A stretch of 64,000 nucleotides of DNA, taken from the NCBI GenBank assembly GCA_963666055.2, contig CAXWPH010000007.1, positions 128,001-192,000 on the forward strand, read 5' to 3'. The position numbers and the translations under genes were made by a program. The notes beneath the pieces were generated by a model that worked only from the letters and a program-made list of their open reading frames with translations, had not been told where the DNA came from and did not search any database. This document shows positions 38,412 to 48,679 of the stretch, piece by piece; the first letter of the stretch is position 1, and every line of letters starts with the position of its first letter. Source of the DNA: Acidobacteriota bacterium. GTDB taxonomy: Bacteria; Acidobacteriota; UBA890; WLXD01.

Positions 38412-39665
38412 ATGAGATTCCCGCCGAGGCTGTTGCTGATGGTCGTGGTTCTGGCGTGCGCACCCGCGCCGGTCAGCCCCCAGTCCGCCCTCACGCTTCC
38501 GGACATCGACACTTCGGGCTCGCCGAACGGCATCGTCGAGCTGCCTGCCGATGTCCCGGCTGTCTTCCGTGAGGTCTTCGTCAAATACACCAAGCTCATC
38601 GCGCCCAACGGCAAGCCGATCCACTTCCTGGCGCAGGACGGCTGGAGCGATGACCGCATTCTCAAGGCGCGCAACGTGATGCAGCATGTGCTCACCGACG
38701 TGCCGGGCTCCCGTTACGGCGCCGACAAGAGCGTCGTGGCCAACTCGATGTCGGATCGCAAGGCGACGATGGTGCTGTTCAACACCGAGCCCGAGCTGCG
38801 CACCGCCTTCGCGAACACCGACCTGCGCAGCGCCGACCTCAGCATGCAGGACCTGCGCGCCAACGAGTGCCCGGTCGCGGGCGACGAGGACTACATGGCG
38901 CACCGCACCCGCGACGCCTCGTTCGAGGAGATCATCCACCTGGTACACGACTACGGCATCAAGCCCGCCCTGCCGCAGATGCAGGATGCCCTGCGCGAGA
39001 TCGACGCCGAGGCCACGGCGCGCGGAATCTGGCGCGGCTGGCCCGACGACGAGGTTGAGAACCACCCCAACGAGTACCTCGGCGTGATCAACGACAACTA
39101 CCTCGATCTGTGGACTGTATTGCCAACGGTGTATGAGGGACGGCCGATCGAGGACGACAGCATGCCCGCCGGACACACGCACTTCGGACGCTACGGCGCC
39201 CGCGGCCGCGAGGGGATGCGGGCCACCGATCCGAAGGGCCTGGCCATCGTGCAGGAGTTCTTCCCGCCGTTCCTGACCTACAACCCACACCTGCCGATCG
39301 ACTTCGAGGGCACCTTCTCGCTGACCGTGGACCCAGACCTGCGCTATACCACCAAGTCGCAGCATCTACGAGACGTCACCCTGACCGGCGGCAACGACGC
39401 CAACCTCGTCGGCAACGGCTGGGGTAACGCGCTCACCGGCAACGCCGGCGACAACTCCCTGCGCGGCAACGGCGGCGACGACCTGATCGACGGTGGCGAT
39501 GGCACCGACACGGCAACCTTCGTCGGCAACGCCGCCGACTACGAGATCGTCCACGATAGCGGCGTCACACGGGTGATCGATACACGCATCGGCCGCGACG
39601 GCACCGACGTCTTGCTCGGTATCGAGCGCCTGGAGTTCGCCGACCAGGCCATCGAGCTCAATTGA
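38412..39665 (+). CDS. Secreted zincin-like protein (EEIIH) with C-terminal RTX-type Ca-binding repeats
   Basis: SFEEIIHLVH, NEYL, MRATDP; GNAGDNSLRGNGGDDLIDGGDGTD, DGTDVLLGIERLEFAD. Confidence 0.7.
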   Translation: MRFPPRLLLMVVVLACAPAPVSPQSALTLPDIDTSGSPNGIVELPADVPAVFREVFVKYTKLIAPNGKPIHFLAQDGWSDDRILKARNVMQHVLTDVPGSRYGADKSVVANSMSDRKATMVLFNTEPELRTAFANTDLRSADLSMQDLRANECPVAGDEDYMAHRTRDASFEEIIHLVHDYGIKPALPQMQDALREIDAEATARGIWRGWPDDEVENHPNEYLGVINDNYLDLWTVLPTVYEGRPIEDDSMPAGHTHFGRYGARGREGMRATDPKGLAIVQEFFPPFLTYNPHLPIDFEGTFSLTVDPDLRYTTKSQHLRDVTLTGGNDANLVGNGWGNALTGNAGDNSLRGNGGDDLIDGGDGTDTATFVGNAADYEIVHDSGVTRVIDTRIGRDGTDVLLGIERLEFADQAIELN

Positions 39666-42600
39666 CCGTGACCCGAAAACAGACCGTAAGGCTTCAACGT
39701 TGGGCCGCCGCGATCGGCATGCTGGTGTTGCTGTCGCCCGCCGTTGGGTTCCTGGAGAGTGCTGCCTCGCCGCCCGCACCGTATGCGCGGGGGCGCTCGC
39801 AACATGGCGTCGGTGCCCGGTTGCCTCTGCAACCTACCCGCACCGTCGAGCTGACCACGGACGCCGTCACCTGGATGTCGCTCGACGTCTCCCCCGACGG
39901 TCGGACGATTGCCTTCGCGACCCTCGGCGATCTGTACCTGATGCCGATCTCGGGCGGCCATGCGCAACGCATCAGCTCCGGCATGGCGCTCGACGCACAG
40001 CCACGCTTCTCGCCCGACGGCGGCCGCATCGTGTTCACCAGCGACCGCAGTGGCTCCGAGAACCTGTGGACGCTGGAGGTCGGCAAGACGATCGACGACA
40101 GCACGCTGGAATCGACAGCCTCTGGCCTACGAGCCCTGACCGCCGGCCGCGATGCCTCCTACGCCTCGCCCGAGTGGAGCCCAGATGGCTCCACGGTCGT
40201 CGCCTCGCGCACCGATCGCTTCACCTGGATCGACGTGATGCACACCGTCTGGAGCTATCCGTCAACGGAAGGTCCGGGAACGCAGCTGCTTGTTAACGAC
40301 CAGCCGGTCTACGGCATGGGCGCGGTGTTTGGTCCGGACGGAGCGCTGTACCTGTCGCACCGGACAGAACGCGGCAACCCCTACGGCCACCGGATCGACC
40401 GCTTTGACCTGGCCACCGGCAAGGTCACCCCGATCACCGCCCCCGCCGGCGGAGCGGTGCGTCCGGCGATCTCGCCCGACGGCCGCTGGATGGTCTACGC
40501 CTCCCGCCACGACGGCCAGACGGGCTATCGGCTGCGCGACCTGAACGCGGACACCGAGCGCTGGCTGACCTTTCCGGTGCAACACGACCTACAGGAAAAC
40601 GATTGGATGGGCACGTCATCGGATCACATGCCTGGCTATGCGTTCGTCCCGGACAGCTCAGCCATCATCGCCGCCATCAACGGCAAGCCGCAACGTATCG
40701 ACCTGGCAACCGGCACGCGCTCAGCGATCGAGTTCACCGCCAACATCTCGCTGCCGATCGGACCGCTCATCCACTTCGAGACACCGGTTGCACGTGGACC
40801 GGTCGTGGTGCGCTCTATTCGCTGGCCGGCCCAATCACCCGACGGCTCGAAGCTGGCGTTCACGGCGGTACACAAGCTATGGGTGCAAGATACCGGCAGC
40901 GGCGCGGTGTCGGCCATAGCGTCGATGGACGAGCTGCAGGCGATGCCGGCCTGGAGCCACGATGGCTCGACGCTTGCATTCGTAACCTGGTCGGACTTCG
41001 AGGGCGGCCAGGTGTATCGCGTCGCTGCCGACGGCAGCGATCTGCGGCGCGTCAGCCAGCAAGCCGGCTTCTATACCGACCCCGTGTGGGTGCCCGGAGA
41101 CCAGGAGATCCTCATAACACGCGGATCCTGGCAACAGCGCGGCGCCAACCTCGTATGGGAACGGATACCCGCAGATGGGGGGCCACATACGCTGGTGGGG
41201 CCAGCCAATGGCGACCGCCCACACTTCGCCGATCGCGACGACCGCTTCTACGCGTACGATCCCGACGAGGGGTTGTTCTCGCAGGCACTCGACGGATCCG
41301 GCCGGCAAACGCACCTTACAGTGACCGGATGGCGCGAGCCCCTTGGTCCAGGCGGACCGCGGCCGGCCGACGCGGTTGTCATGGGACCCGACGGTGATGC
41401 AGCGTTGGTATTGGCGGACATGCGACTGTTCCATGTGCCGATTCCGGCGGCCGAGACGCCCGTAACGTTATCCCTTGCCGAGCTACCGGCGAGGTCGAGG
41501 TTGACACACCTCGATGTGCTCGGCGTCGACTTCTTCGAGTGGGGCCCGCGAGGCAACACCGCTATGTGGTCGCTTGGCAACGCCATTTTCGAGCGCACCG
41601 TCGGCACTGCGGACTCGGCACCTGGGGGCTCGGCACCGAGCGAGCGCCGCATCGAGATCGAGCTGCCGCGCGATCGCGTCGAGGGCACACTGGTGCTACG
41701 CGGCGCACGGATCCTGACGATGGATCCGACTGCCGATGAAGATCCGGCGCAGCGGGACGGCATCATCGACGACGGCGCTGTAGTGATCTTCAACGAACGG
41801 ATCGCCCAAGTCGGACGCTCGGTCGACGTGGCGACACCCGATGGTGTCCGCGAGATCGACATCAGCGGGACAACGCTGCTTCCAGGGTTTGTCGATCTGC
41901 ACGCCCACCTGCGCGCCGCTCGCGGCATGCACCGCAATATACGCCGTGCGCCAGGTAGTTTAGGTAGTCCCGTGCGATGGTCGGGCCGCGTACTTTTTCA
42001 ACCGGCCGGGCGATGTACCCCGACGTCCGCATCGGCTCGCTACAGGATGCGCGCAACCTGATGCGACGCTACCGCGACTACTACGGCCACCACACGATCA
42101 AGCAGTATCTGACCGGCGATCGCACGGTGCGTCAGTGGATGGCCATCGCGGCGCGCGAGTTCGGGCTCACGCCGACCACCGAAGGCGTCGACATGAAGAC
42201 AATGATCACCCAGGTCATCGACGGCTATTCACTCGAGCACGTGTTGCCCCATTTCCCGCTGGCACCCGACGTGGTGCAGCTGCTGGCGCAGTCTGGCACC
42301 TACTACGACCCAACGTTAGTGGTCGGCACAGGCCCGCGATCGATCTACTACTGGTGGACACGCACCGACGTGCACGACGACCCCAAAGTACGCCGCTTTA
42401 CTCCGCACGAGGTGATCGACGACCGCACCCGCCGGGTGGAGTGGTTCCACGACAGCGAGTTTTACTGGCCGGAGCATTCCAAGGACGTGGCCGCGGTCGT
42501 CGACGCTGGCGGCAAGGTCACCGCCGGAAGCCACGGGGAGATGCAGGGGATCTCGTTCCACTGGGAGATGTGGAACCTCGGCGCCGGCGGCATGCCACCG

Positions 42601-42867
42601 CTCGAGGTGCTGCGCGCCGCCACGCTGACCGGCGCCGAGGGCATCGGCTTCGGCAACGATCTCGGCTCGATCACCGCCGGCAAGCTCGCCGACATGCTCG
42701 TGCTCGAAGCCGATCCGCTCGACGATCTGCGCAACACCACATCACTGCGCTACGTGATCAAGGGCGGTCGGCTGTACGACGCTGACACACTCGACGAGCA
42801 ATGGCCCAGGGAGCGGCCGCTCGGGCCTCTCTATTGGCACGGTGATCAACCGAGCCGGTCGCAGTAG
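39662..42867 (+). pseudogene. PD40-propeller + amidohydrolase fusion, disrupted at ~41940 by an inversion/deletion
   Basis: PD40 repeats, PGFVDLHAH; second half MVGPRTFSTG...GSHGEMQG...GKLADMLVL is in another frame. Confidence 0.85.
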
Positions 42868-43054
42868 AGACTGCCGGCGAACGAAACGCTGTGGTCGATG
42901 GGGTCTCCGTCACCGTGGGCCTTGCCGGAGCCTGTCGTGCGGCGTGCCTTTGTTGCTCGGAAGCCGCGACACAACCGCCGCCCAGCGCCAGGAGTACGAC
43001 CGAGATTCGACGCAAACGCCCCCGATCAGTGGCTTGAGAAGTCCGCTTGCTTAC

Positions 43055-43912
43055 CTACCGTTCGAAGGTAAAGGCGATCTCCACCGTTTCGTTCGGCCCC
43101 ACCGTGACCTCCTGCGTCAAGGTGCCGAGGATCTCGTGCCGCGCCGACACCGTGTACTGGCCCGGAGGCAAGGGCCCGAGATCGATCCCGAAGTCCTCGC
43201 CGGTGACCGAGAAGTAGGGGTGGTCGAAGACGTGGATGGTGGCCTCCATCCATGGGTGCACGTCGCAACGAACCGCAATCCCGATCTCGGCGTGGTCGAA
43301 GACGTGCTGATGCTCTAGTCCCGGTATCGGCTGGCTCACGTTCAGGGCCGCACCGCTGGTGGGTCGGGCGCTGACGTTGTGCAGCGTGTCATCGCTGTTG
43401 CGGATGGTCAGCGGCTGCCCGGCCCGCAAGGCGACGATCGGCGGTCGGAAGGTGCAGTCGGCCTGGTGGAGCACTCCGCCAATGTCGAAGCCGAAGAGGG
43501 CCTCCTCGGGCGACGGATCGGGGAACGCCAGACCGTCGAGACCTGCGCTCACGTACACGAGCACGCCCCGCAAGCCACCGTCACGGTTTACTCGGATTGA
43601 TCTCGCCCGGTGTTGCTCGCTGCGCTGCATCCGCGCGCAGTTCGGATCGGCCGTCATGTCGAGAACGGCCGCCTCGTCGGCCTGACCGTTGAACATCACG
43701 CTGCCAACGATCCTGCCCGCCTGGCTCAGATCCGGCGGGACTCCGATCGGCGCCGCCGACGCCGCCACCTGTGAGTCGTCGACTGCGGCGGGTCCGCACG
43801 CCGCCGCAACGAGCAGCGCCACCGAGACGACGAACAACGGCACCGAGGGCCCGGGCAGGGGCCACCAAACACAGCGAGCCCAACGGTGGCGTATTGGCTG
43901 ATGCTCACTCAC
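43055..43912 (-). CDS. Lipoprotein with cupredoxin-like / carboxypeptidase-regulatory-like domains
   Basis: Lipobox AAAC; QADCTFRP, IRNSDDTLHNV, CDVHPWM, LPPGQYTVSARHE. Confidence 0.75.
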   Translation of the reverse strand: MSEHQPIRHRWARCVWWPLPGPSVPLFVVSVALLVAAACGPAAVDDSQVAASAAPIGVPPDLSQAGRIVGSVMFNGQADEAAVLDMTADPNCARMQRSEQHRARSIRVNRDGGLRGVLVYVSAGLDGLAFPDPSPEEALFGFDIGGVLHQADCTFRPPIVALRAGQPLTIRNSDDTLHNVSARPTSGAALNVSQPIPGLEHQHVFDHAEIGIAVRCDVHPWMEATIHVFDHPYFSVTGEDFGIDLGPLPPGQYTVSARHEILGTLTQEVTVGPNETVEIAFTFER

Positions 43913-45554
43913 CAGACGTCGCCGGGATCTGGTGCAACGTGAACCAGCCCTCGGTAGTCCACATGTGCTCCCCGTGGTCGGAGACCGGATCGGTCATGAC
44001 ATAGACGACGCGCCCGGTCTCGAGCTCCGGCACCGTGAGGCGCACGGACATGCGATCGTCGGAAGGAACTGCCTGCGTCACCGTGAGCAGCGCCTGGCCG
44101 AGCTTGACGCCGCCGTAGGCGGGCGTCGTTCGGTAGGCCCAGTGGCGCAGGTGATAGTTGCCCGGTTGGGCCAAGTAGGCCCACGGCACCGGCTTGGTGA
44201 ACTCGATCTCGACGCCGTCGGACGTGGCACGGATGGTCCGCATCTCGAACGCCGCGACTCCCGTCGGTCGGAGGCGCTGCAAACCTTCGTAGGTGCGCTC
44301 GCCGGCCGGGTTGATCCACGACCAGCTGCCGGCGTGTTGGCCACCGATGCCGCCAGCGTACAGCGAACCGTCGGCGCCCCAGGTGAGCCGGTTGACCCCG
44401 GCCTCGAGACCCATCGTGTAGCGAAACACGACGCCCTGCCACACGCCGTTTACTTTCTCCAACGCAAGCCGCTGGATGCCGCCGTAACGCATGTCGCCCA
44501 TCAGCATCTGCCCGGCGTATGGCTGACCCTCGGGAATCAAGATCGGCTGCGTGGGGGAGTTGGCGACCTCGTCCTGCGGCAGCTGGATGGCGGGGAACGT
44601 CTCACCCCGCCCGGCGCTCAGCCGGTCGGCCGGGTCCTGGTAGGGCGTCGGACAGCTCCCGTGTTCGTCGGTGTCCTGCTCGAATCCGTAGAAGTGGCCC
44701 TTCTGCACGTGGTTGAGCTCGTTCGCCGGCGTCCACTCGCCCTGGTTGTCGCTCACGAAGACCTCGCCCTCGGGCCCGAAGCCGATGCCATTGGGTGTTC
44801 GATGCCCGCCGGTAAGCGCTTCGACGTTGCTGCCGGATGGTTGGCCCAGGTCGATTTTCCAGACCGAGCCATGATCGGGAGGATTGTTGAAGGCGCCGAG
44901 GCCGGTGGAACGCGCCATATACAGGAACCCGGGATGGCCGGATTCGCCCGGCTCGTGGATCAGCCCGAACGAGAACGTGTGGTAGTCGCGAGACTCCCAG
45001 CCACCTGCCACAGTCGTCCGATTCCAGGCTCCGGTGGCTGCATCAAGAGCGAATCGCGTCACCTCGGACCGCTGCGAAACGTAGATGTCCTCACCCACCA
45101 CGGCGACGCCGAGCGGCTCCTCGAGTCCGTCGGCGATCACGGTGGCGGTCACGCCCGATAGGTCGTCATCGGTGACATTGTCGACGAGGAAGAGCTCGCC
45201 GTTGGGCTCTGGCGTGGGGTCCGGTGGCAACACCGTGCCAGCGCGGAAGGTCGCCACCGCCAGGCGTCCGTCGGGCAGCACGCCGAGGCCACCGACCTCG
45301 AGCTTCATACCCGGCGGGTGAATCGAGGCGATCTCCAGTCCCGGATGCGCACCCGACACCTTGCGGCCGTGGCCGGGCCTGGGCGCTCCCGGCTCGATGA
45401 TCGGACCGGCAGCCCTCTCGGAGCTGCAAGCGATGGGCGCCACCCCAAGCAGGAGGGACAGTAACAGCAGGAGCCGCGGCAGAGCGCGCCGGGTCGGGAG
45501 CCTGGACCAACCTGCCGGGCCGCGCAGCTCATGCAGGTCGTCGGTTTCCATCAA
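43905..45554 (-). CDS. Beta-propeller lipoprotein (glucose/sorbosone dehydrogenase-like)
   Basis: Lipobox PIAC; GLEEPLG, GHRTPNGIG, SDNQGEWTP, GHFYG, GVNRLTWGADGSLY. Confidence 0.65.
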   Translation of the reverse strand: MMETDDLHELRGPAGWSRLPTRRALPRLLLLLSLLLGVAPIACSSERAAGPIIEPGAPRPGHGRKVSGAHPGLEIASIHPPGMKLEVGGLGVLPDGRLAVATFRAGTVLPPDPTPEPNGELFLVDNVTDDDLSGVTATVIADGLEEPLGVAVVGEDIYVSQRSEVTRFALDAATGAWNRTTVAGGWESRDYHTFSFGLIHEPGESGHPGFLYMARSTGLGAFNNPPDHGSVWKIDLGQPSGSNVEALTGGHRTPNGIGFGPEGEVFVSDNQGEWTPANELNHVQKGHFYGFEQDTDEHGSCPTPYQDPADRLSAGRGETFPAIQLPQDEVANSPTQPILIPEGQPYAGQMLMGDMRYGGIQRLALEKVNGVWQGVVFRYTMGLEAGVNRLTWGADGSLYAGGIGGQHAGSWSWINPAGERTYEGLQRLRPTGVAAFEMRTIRATSDGVEIEFTKPVPWAYLAQPGNYHLRHWAYRTTPAYGGVKLGQALLTVTQAVPSDDRMSVRLTVPELETGRVVYVMTDPVSDHGEHMWTTEGWFTLHQIPATSGE

Positions 45555-45679
45555 CCGCCCCCTTAGCTCACTCGCCTGAGTCCGATCGCCGGCTCACCGG
45601 CCTCGTTGCGACGACCGCGGCCGGGTAGCACCGGCCAGCAGTGCGGTGGGAGCGTACACGCGCGCCTATACTGCCGCCA

Positions 45680-47650
45680 ATGAAACGCTGCATGTTAATC
45701 GCAGGATGGCTCGCCTGGCTGCTGGTGCCGGTGGCTTGTGCGCCGCCGCCCTCAGGCAGCCTCGACCCCATCGGGACGCTTGCGTCGGAATCGTGGAGCG
45801 CGTTCGAGGTCTCGGCGGTGCCGGCAGCCACCCCCGACCTGGTTGCCCAGGGCGCTTCCTTGTATGCCCACCACTGCGCTTCCTGTCACGGGTCCGAGGG
45901 GCGCGCCGACGGCCCGTGCGCGTCGTTGCTATCGCCGCCAGCGCGCGACCTAACCTCGGGCATCTTCCGCTTCAAGACCACGCCGGGCGGCGACATGCCA
46001 ACCGACGTGGACCTGTTTCGCACCATCTCGATGGGGCTGCGCGGCACCTCGATGCCGCCATGGCGGCGGGTGCTCTCAGCGTCGGAGCGCTGGGCGACCA
46101 CCCATTTCATCAAGACGCTGGCCCCGGCGTTCGAGCAGTGGGGACCCGGCAAACCGATCGACCTCGGCGCCGAGCCGACCGGTGATCTCACCGAAAGCGT
46201 GCGCCGCGGCGAGACGCTCTACGTGGATGCGCAATGTCCGCTGTGCCACGGTGCCACCGGAGCCGGAGACGGTGCCAACGCGGCCAGCCTGATGGACGCT
46301 TTCGGCAACCCCATACTGCCGCGCGACTTCCGTGACCGGCAACAATTCAAACGCAGCGTCACTCGGCGCGACAATGCCTTGATGATCGCCATCGGCAACA
46401 ACGGCAACTCGATGCCGGGGTTCGCCGAGGCGTTCTCGCCCGAGCAGATCTGGGATCTGGCGGCCTACGTGCAGAGCCTGGCGCTGGCTGAATCCGGCCA
46501 TAGGCCTGACTCCGCGCCCGCTGCCGACACAGACGACGGGCTCGTGCGGCTCAGCATGACCGCGAGCCACGACGCGCTCGCTCCCGAGGTGATTCACGTG
46601 CGGCAAGGCGACCGCGTGCTGATCGATCTCGAGGCCGCCGACAACGGCCGCGGGATGGGGCACGCGCTCGAGATAGGGGGCTACGGGGTCACAATCGACG
46701 CTGCCATGGTGGAGCGGCCGCAGTCGGCCACGTTCACCGCCGACGAGGCCGGGACCTTCGAGCTTCGCAGCCCCGTTCTATGCGGCTCCGGAACGCCCGA
46801 GATCCGCGGACGGATGATCGTCGAGCCCGTTGTCGAGCCTGGGGTCGCTGGACGGTCCGGCAATCAGTCCGATCAGCCAGACCAGCCCCACGTGGTCTTC
46901 GTAACCGGCGACGACGAGTACAGCTCCGAGCTCACCATGCCGATCTTCGCCGCCGCGCTCGAAGCGAGCTACGGCATGCGCACCACCGTCCTAAGCGCTT
47001 TTCCCGATGAGCACGCCGACGACATTCCCGGCCTCGAGCTCCTCGAGCAAGCCGACCTGATGGTGTTGTTCCTGCGCAATCGCATCTTGCCGCGCCAGCA
47101 GGTCGAGCGCATCGTCGGCTATCTCGACAACGGCAACCCGTTGGTCAGCCTGCGCACCTCGACGCACGCCTTCCTCTACCCGCAGGGCCACGAGCTCGAG
47201 TCGTTCAACGACTTCGGGCCGCGCTACGTCGGCGCCCCCTACGTGTGGGATTACGGCCACGACAACGGCACCGACGTGAGTCCCGTGGCCGCGGCGGCGG
47301 ATCATCCTGCCCTGACCGGGGTGCCCGAATTCCACGTGCCCTCGTGGCTGTACACGCTGCTGCCCAACTACCCGGTTGCCGGCTCGCAGATTCTCATGAC
47401 GGGCTTCCCGCTGGGCGACACCTTCGACCCCGAGGCCGGCGACCCGGTGGATACTCCGGTCGCATGGACCCGCCACACCGACGCCGGCGGCCGCGTGTTC
47501 ACCACCACGCTGGGGCATCCGGTCGGCCTCCAGCAGGAAGGCCTCCAGCGCCTGATCATCAACGCCATCCACTGGGCGCTGGGCCTCGATGCCCCCGGCG
47601 AGTGGGCCGGGCCGCTGCCGATGAACGTGCCCTACAAGGAAGAGGAATGA
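45680..47650 (+). CDS. Di-heme cytochrome c + cupredoxin + ThuA-like domain fusion lipoprotein
   Basis: Lipobox PVAC; CASCH, CPLCH; PEVIHVRQGDRV..H..FTADEAGTF..CG; HVVFVTGDDEYSSE..GRVFTTTLGHP. Confidence 0.8.
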   Translation: MKRCMLIAGWLAWLLVPVACAPPPSGSLDPIGTLASESWSAFEVSAVPAATPDLVAQGASLYAHHCASCHGSEGRADGPCASLLSPPARDLTSGIFRFKTTPGGDMPTDVDLFRTISMGLRGTSMPPWRRVLSASERWATTHFIKTLAPAFEQWGPGKPIDLGAEPTGDLTESVRRGETLYVDAQCPLCHGATGAGDGANAASLMDAFGNPILPRDFRDRQQFKRSVTRRDNALMIAIGNNGNSMPGFAEAFSPEQIWDLAAYVQSLALAESGHRPDSAPAADTDDGLVRLSMTASHDALAPEVIHVRQGDRVLIDLEAADNGRGMGHALEIGGYGVTIDAAMVERPQSATFTADEAGTFELRSPVLCGSGTPEIRGRMIVEPVVEPGVAGRSGNQSDQPDQPHVVFVTGDDEYSSELTMPIFAAALEASYGMRTTVLSAFPDEHADDIPGLELLEQADLMVLFLRNRILPRQQVERIVGYLDNGNPLVSLRTSTHAFLYPQGHELESFNDFGPRYVGAPYVWDYGHDNGTDVSPVAAAADHPALTGVPEFHVPSWLYTLLPNYPVAGSQILMTGFPLGDTFDPEAGDPVDTPVAWTRHTDAGGRVFTTTLGHPVGLQQEGLQRLIINAIHWALGLDAPGEWAGPLPMNVPYKEEE

Positions 47651-47710
47651 CCCTCACCCGCGCTGCGTAGGACTGTGCCGCGTTCCGCAGACTCCAATTC
47701 TTGACACGTC

Positions 47711-48019
47711 CTAAACGACGCTCTGTCGGTGCGCCCAGTAGCCCGGCCGACGCTTGCCGTGGGCGACCGCGATAACCTCGACATCGCCTTTCCGATCAAG
47801 TCTGTAGATCAACAGGAACGGGAATCGTGGCAGAAGGTATCGACGCGCCTCGTCCTTGATCGGAGGCCAGCGTAGCGGCGATTCGAGCACTCGCCGTATG
47901 GCCAAGTCGACTTCTGAAAGGAATGCGTGCGCGGCTTCCGTGCTTCTCTCCGCATACCAATCACGGGCAGTCTCGACTTCCGCGGCGGCATCCGGATGGA
48001 GCCTAGCGCGACGCGCCAT
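47711..48019 (-). CDS. ParE/RelE-family toxin
   Basis: LHPDAAAEV..ARDWY, RRYLLPRFPFLLIYR, VIAVAHGKRRPGYW. Confidence 0.9.
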   Translation of the reverse strand: MARRARLHPDAAAEVETARDWYAERSTEAAHAFLSEVDLAIRRVLESPLRWPPIKDEARRYLLPRFPFLLIYRLDRKGDVEVIAVAHGKRRPGYWAHRQSVV

Positions 48020-48242
48020 CTCGGCCGAGAAGGCGTGCTCTCACTTCCTCCCATGGGACCAGCGTGACCGCGCCGGAGTCCAACTCAGCGGAACGGCGTT
48101 CGATCTCGGCCAGCCACGCCGCTTCAACGTCCTTGTCCGGCGGTCCCTCGAGACTCTCGATTAACTCGCCGGCAAGGGTAGCCCGTTCGCTCGGATCAAG
48201 GTCAAGGGCCTGTTCCAGTAGATTTTTTGCGCCCGAACTCAT
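48003..48242 (-). CDS. Addiction-module antitoxin (TIGR02574-like)
   Basis: ALDLDPSERATLA..LIESL, AWLAEIERR, VPWEEV. Confidence 0.88.
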   Translation of the reverse strand: MSSGAKNLLEQALDLDPSERATLAGELIESLEGPPDKDVEAAWLAEIERRSAELDSGAVTLVPWEEVRARLLGRDGASR

Positions 48243-48393
48243 GGGTTCGATGATACCAGCACCCATCGGCGCGAGGGTGATCCGTCCGGGCCCGGCACGC
48301 GAGCCTACGCATCTGGCGATGAACGTGCCCTACAAGGAGGAGGAATGAGGTGGCCGGGTCGCGCTACCCGGCGCGGTGCGGACCTCTCGGTCG

Positions 48394-48669
48394 AGGCCCT
48401 GCTTCGTCGGCTGGATGAGCACGCCGGCCGGGATGCGCAACGAAACAACCAGCTTCCAAATCATGGCTACCGACAAACCTCTCTTTCGGTTGAGGATCTC
48501 AGAGATCCTGCCTCGGCCATCTTGATCGGTCGGATTTCCATCCTCACACCTTGGTCACGTCCACTCGATTGTACTCAGCGTGGGTCCCGACGAACCGGAT
48601 GAGCGGCTGCTCAGCGCCCCGGTGCCGGGTCCAGAACTCGCGAAGCATCCGACGAGAGATGATCCGCAT
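48394..48669 (-). pseudogene. Degenerate higBA copy; both genes internally deleted
   Basis: [23 protein letters not shown]|[10 protein letters not shown] and MEIRPIK|GRGRISEILNRKRGLSVAMI match the ends of the intact pair at 50034-50702. Confidence 0.85.
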
Positions 48670-48679
48670 CAGGGCCAAT

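Larger units (their letters stand above)
47619..48348 (+). repeat. 32-bp direct repeat duplicating the 3' end of the upstream gene
   Basis: CGATGAACGTGCCCTACAAGGA(A/G)GAGGAATGA at 47619-47650 and 48317-48348, one mismatch. Confidence 0.95.

Noticed and set aside
39400-39660. RTX toxin
   Set aside because: Only a few Ca-binding nonapeptides on a Sec-signal protein; no type I secretion genes nearby
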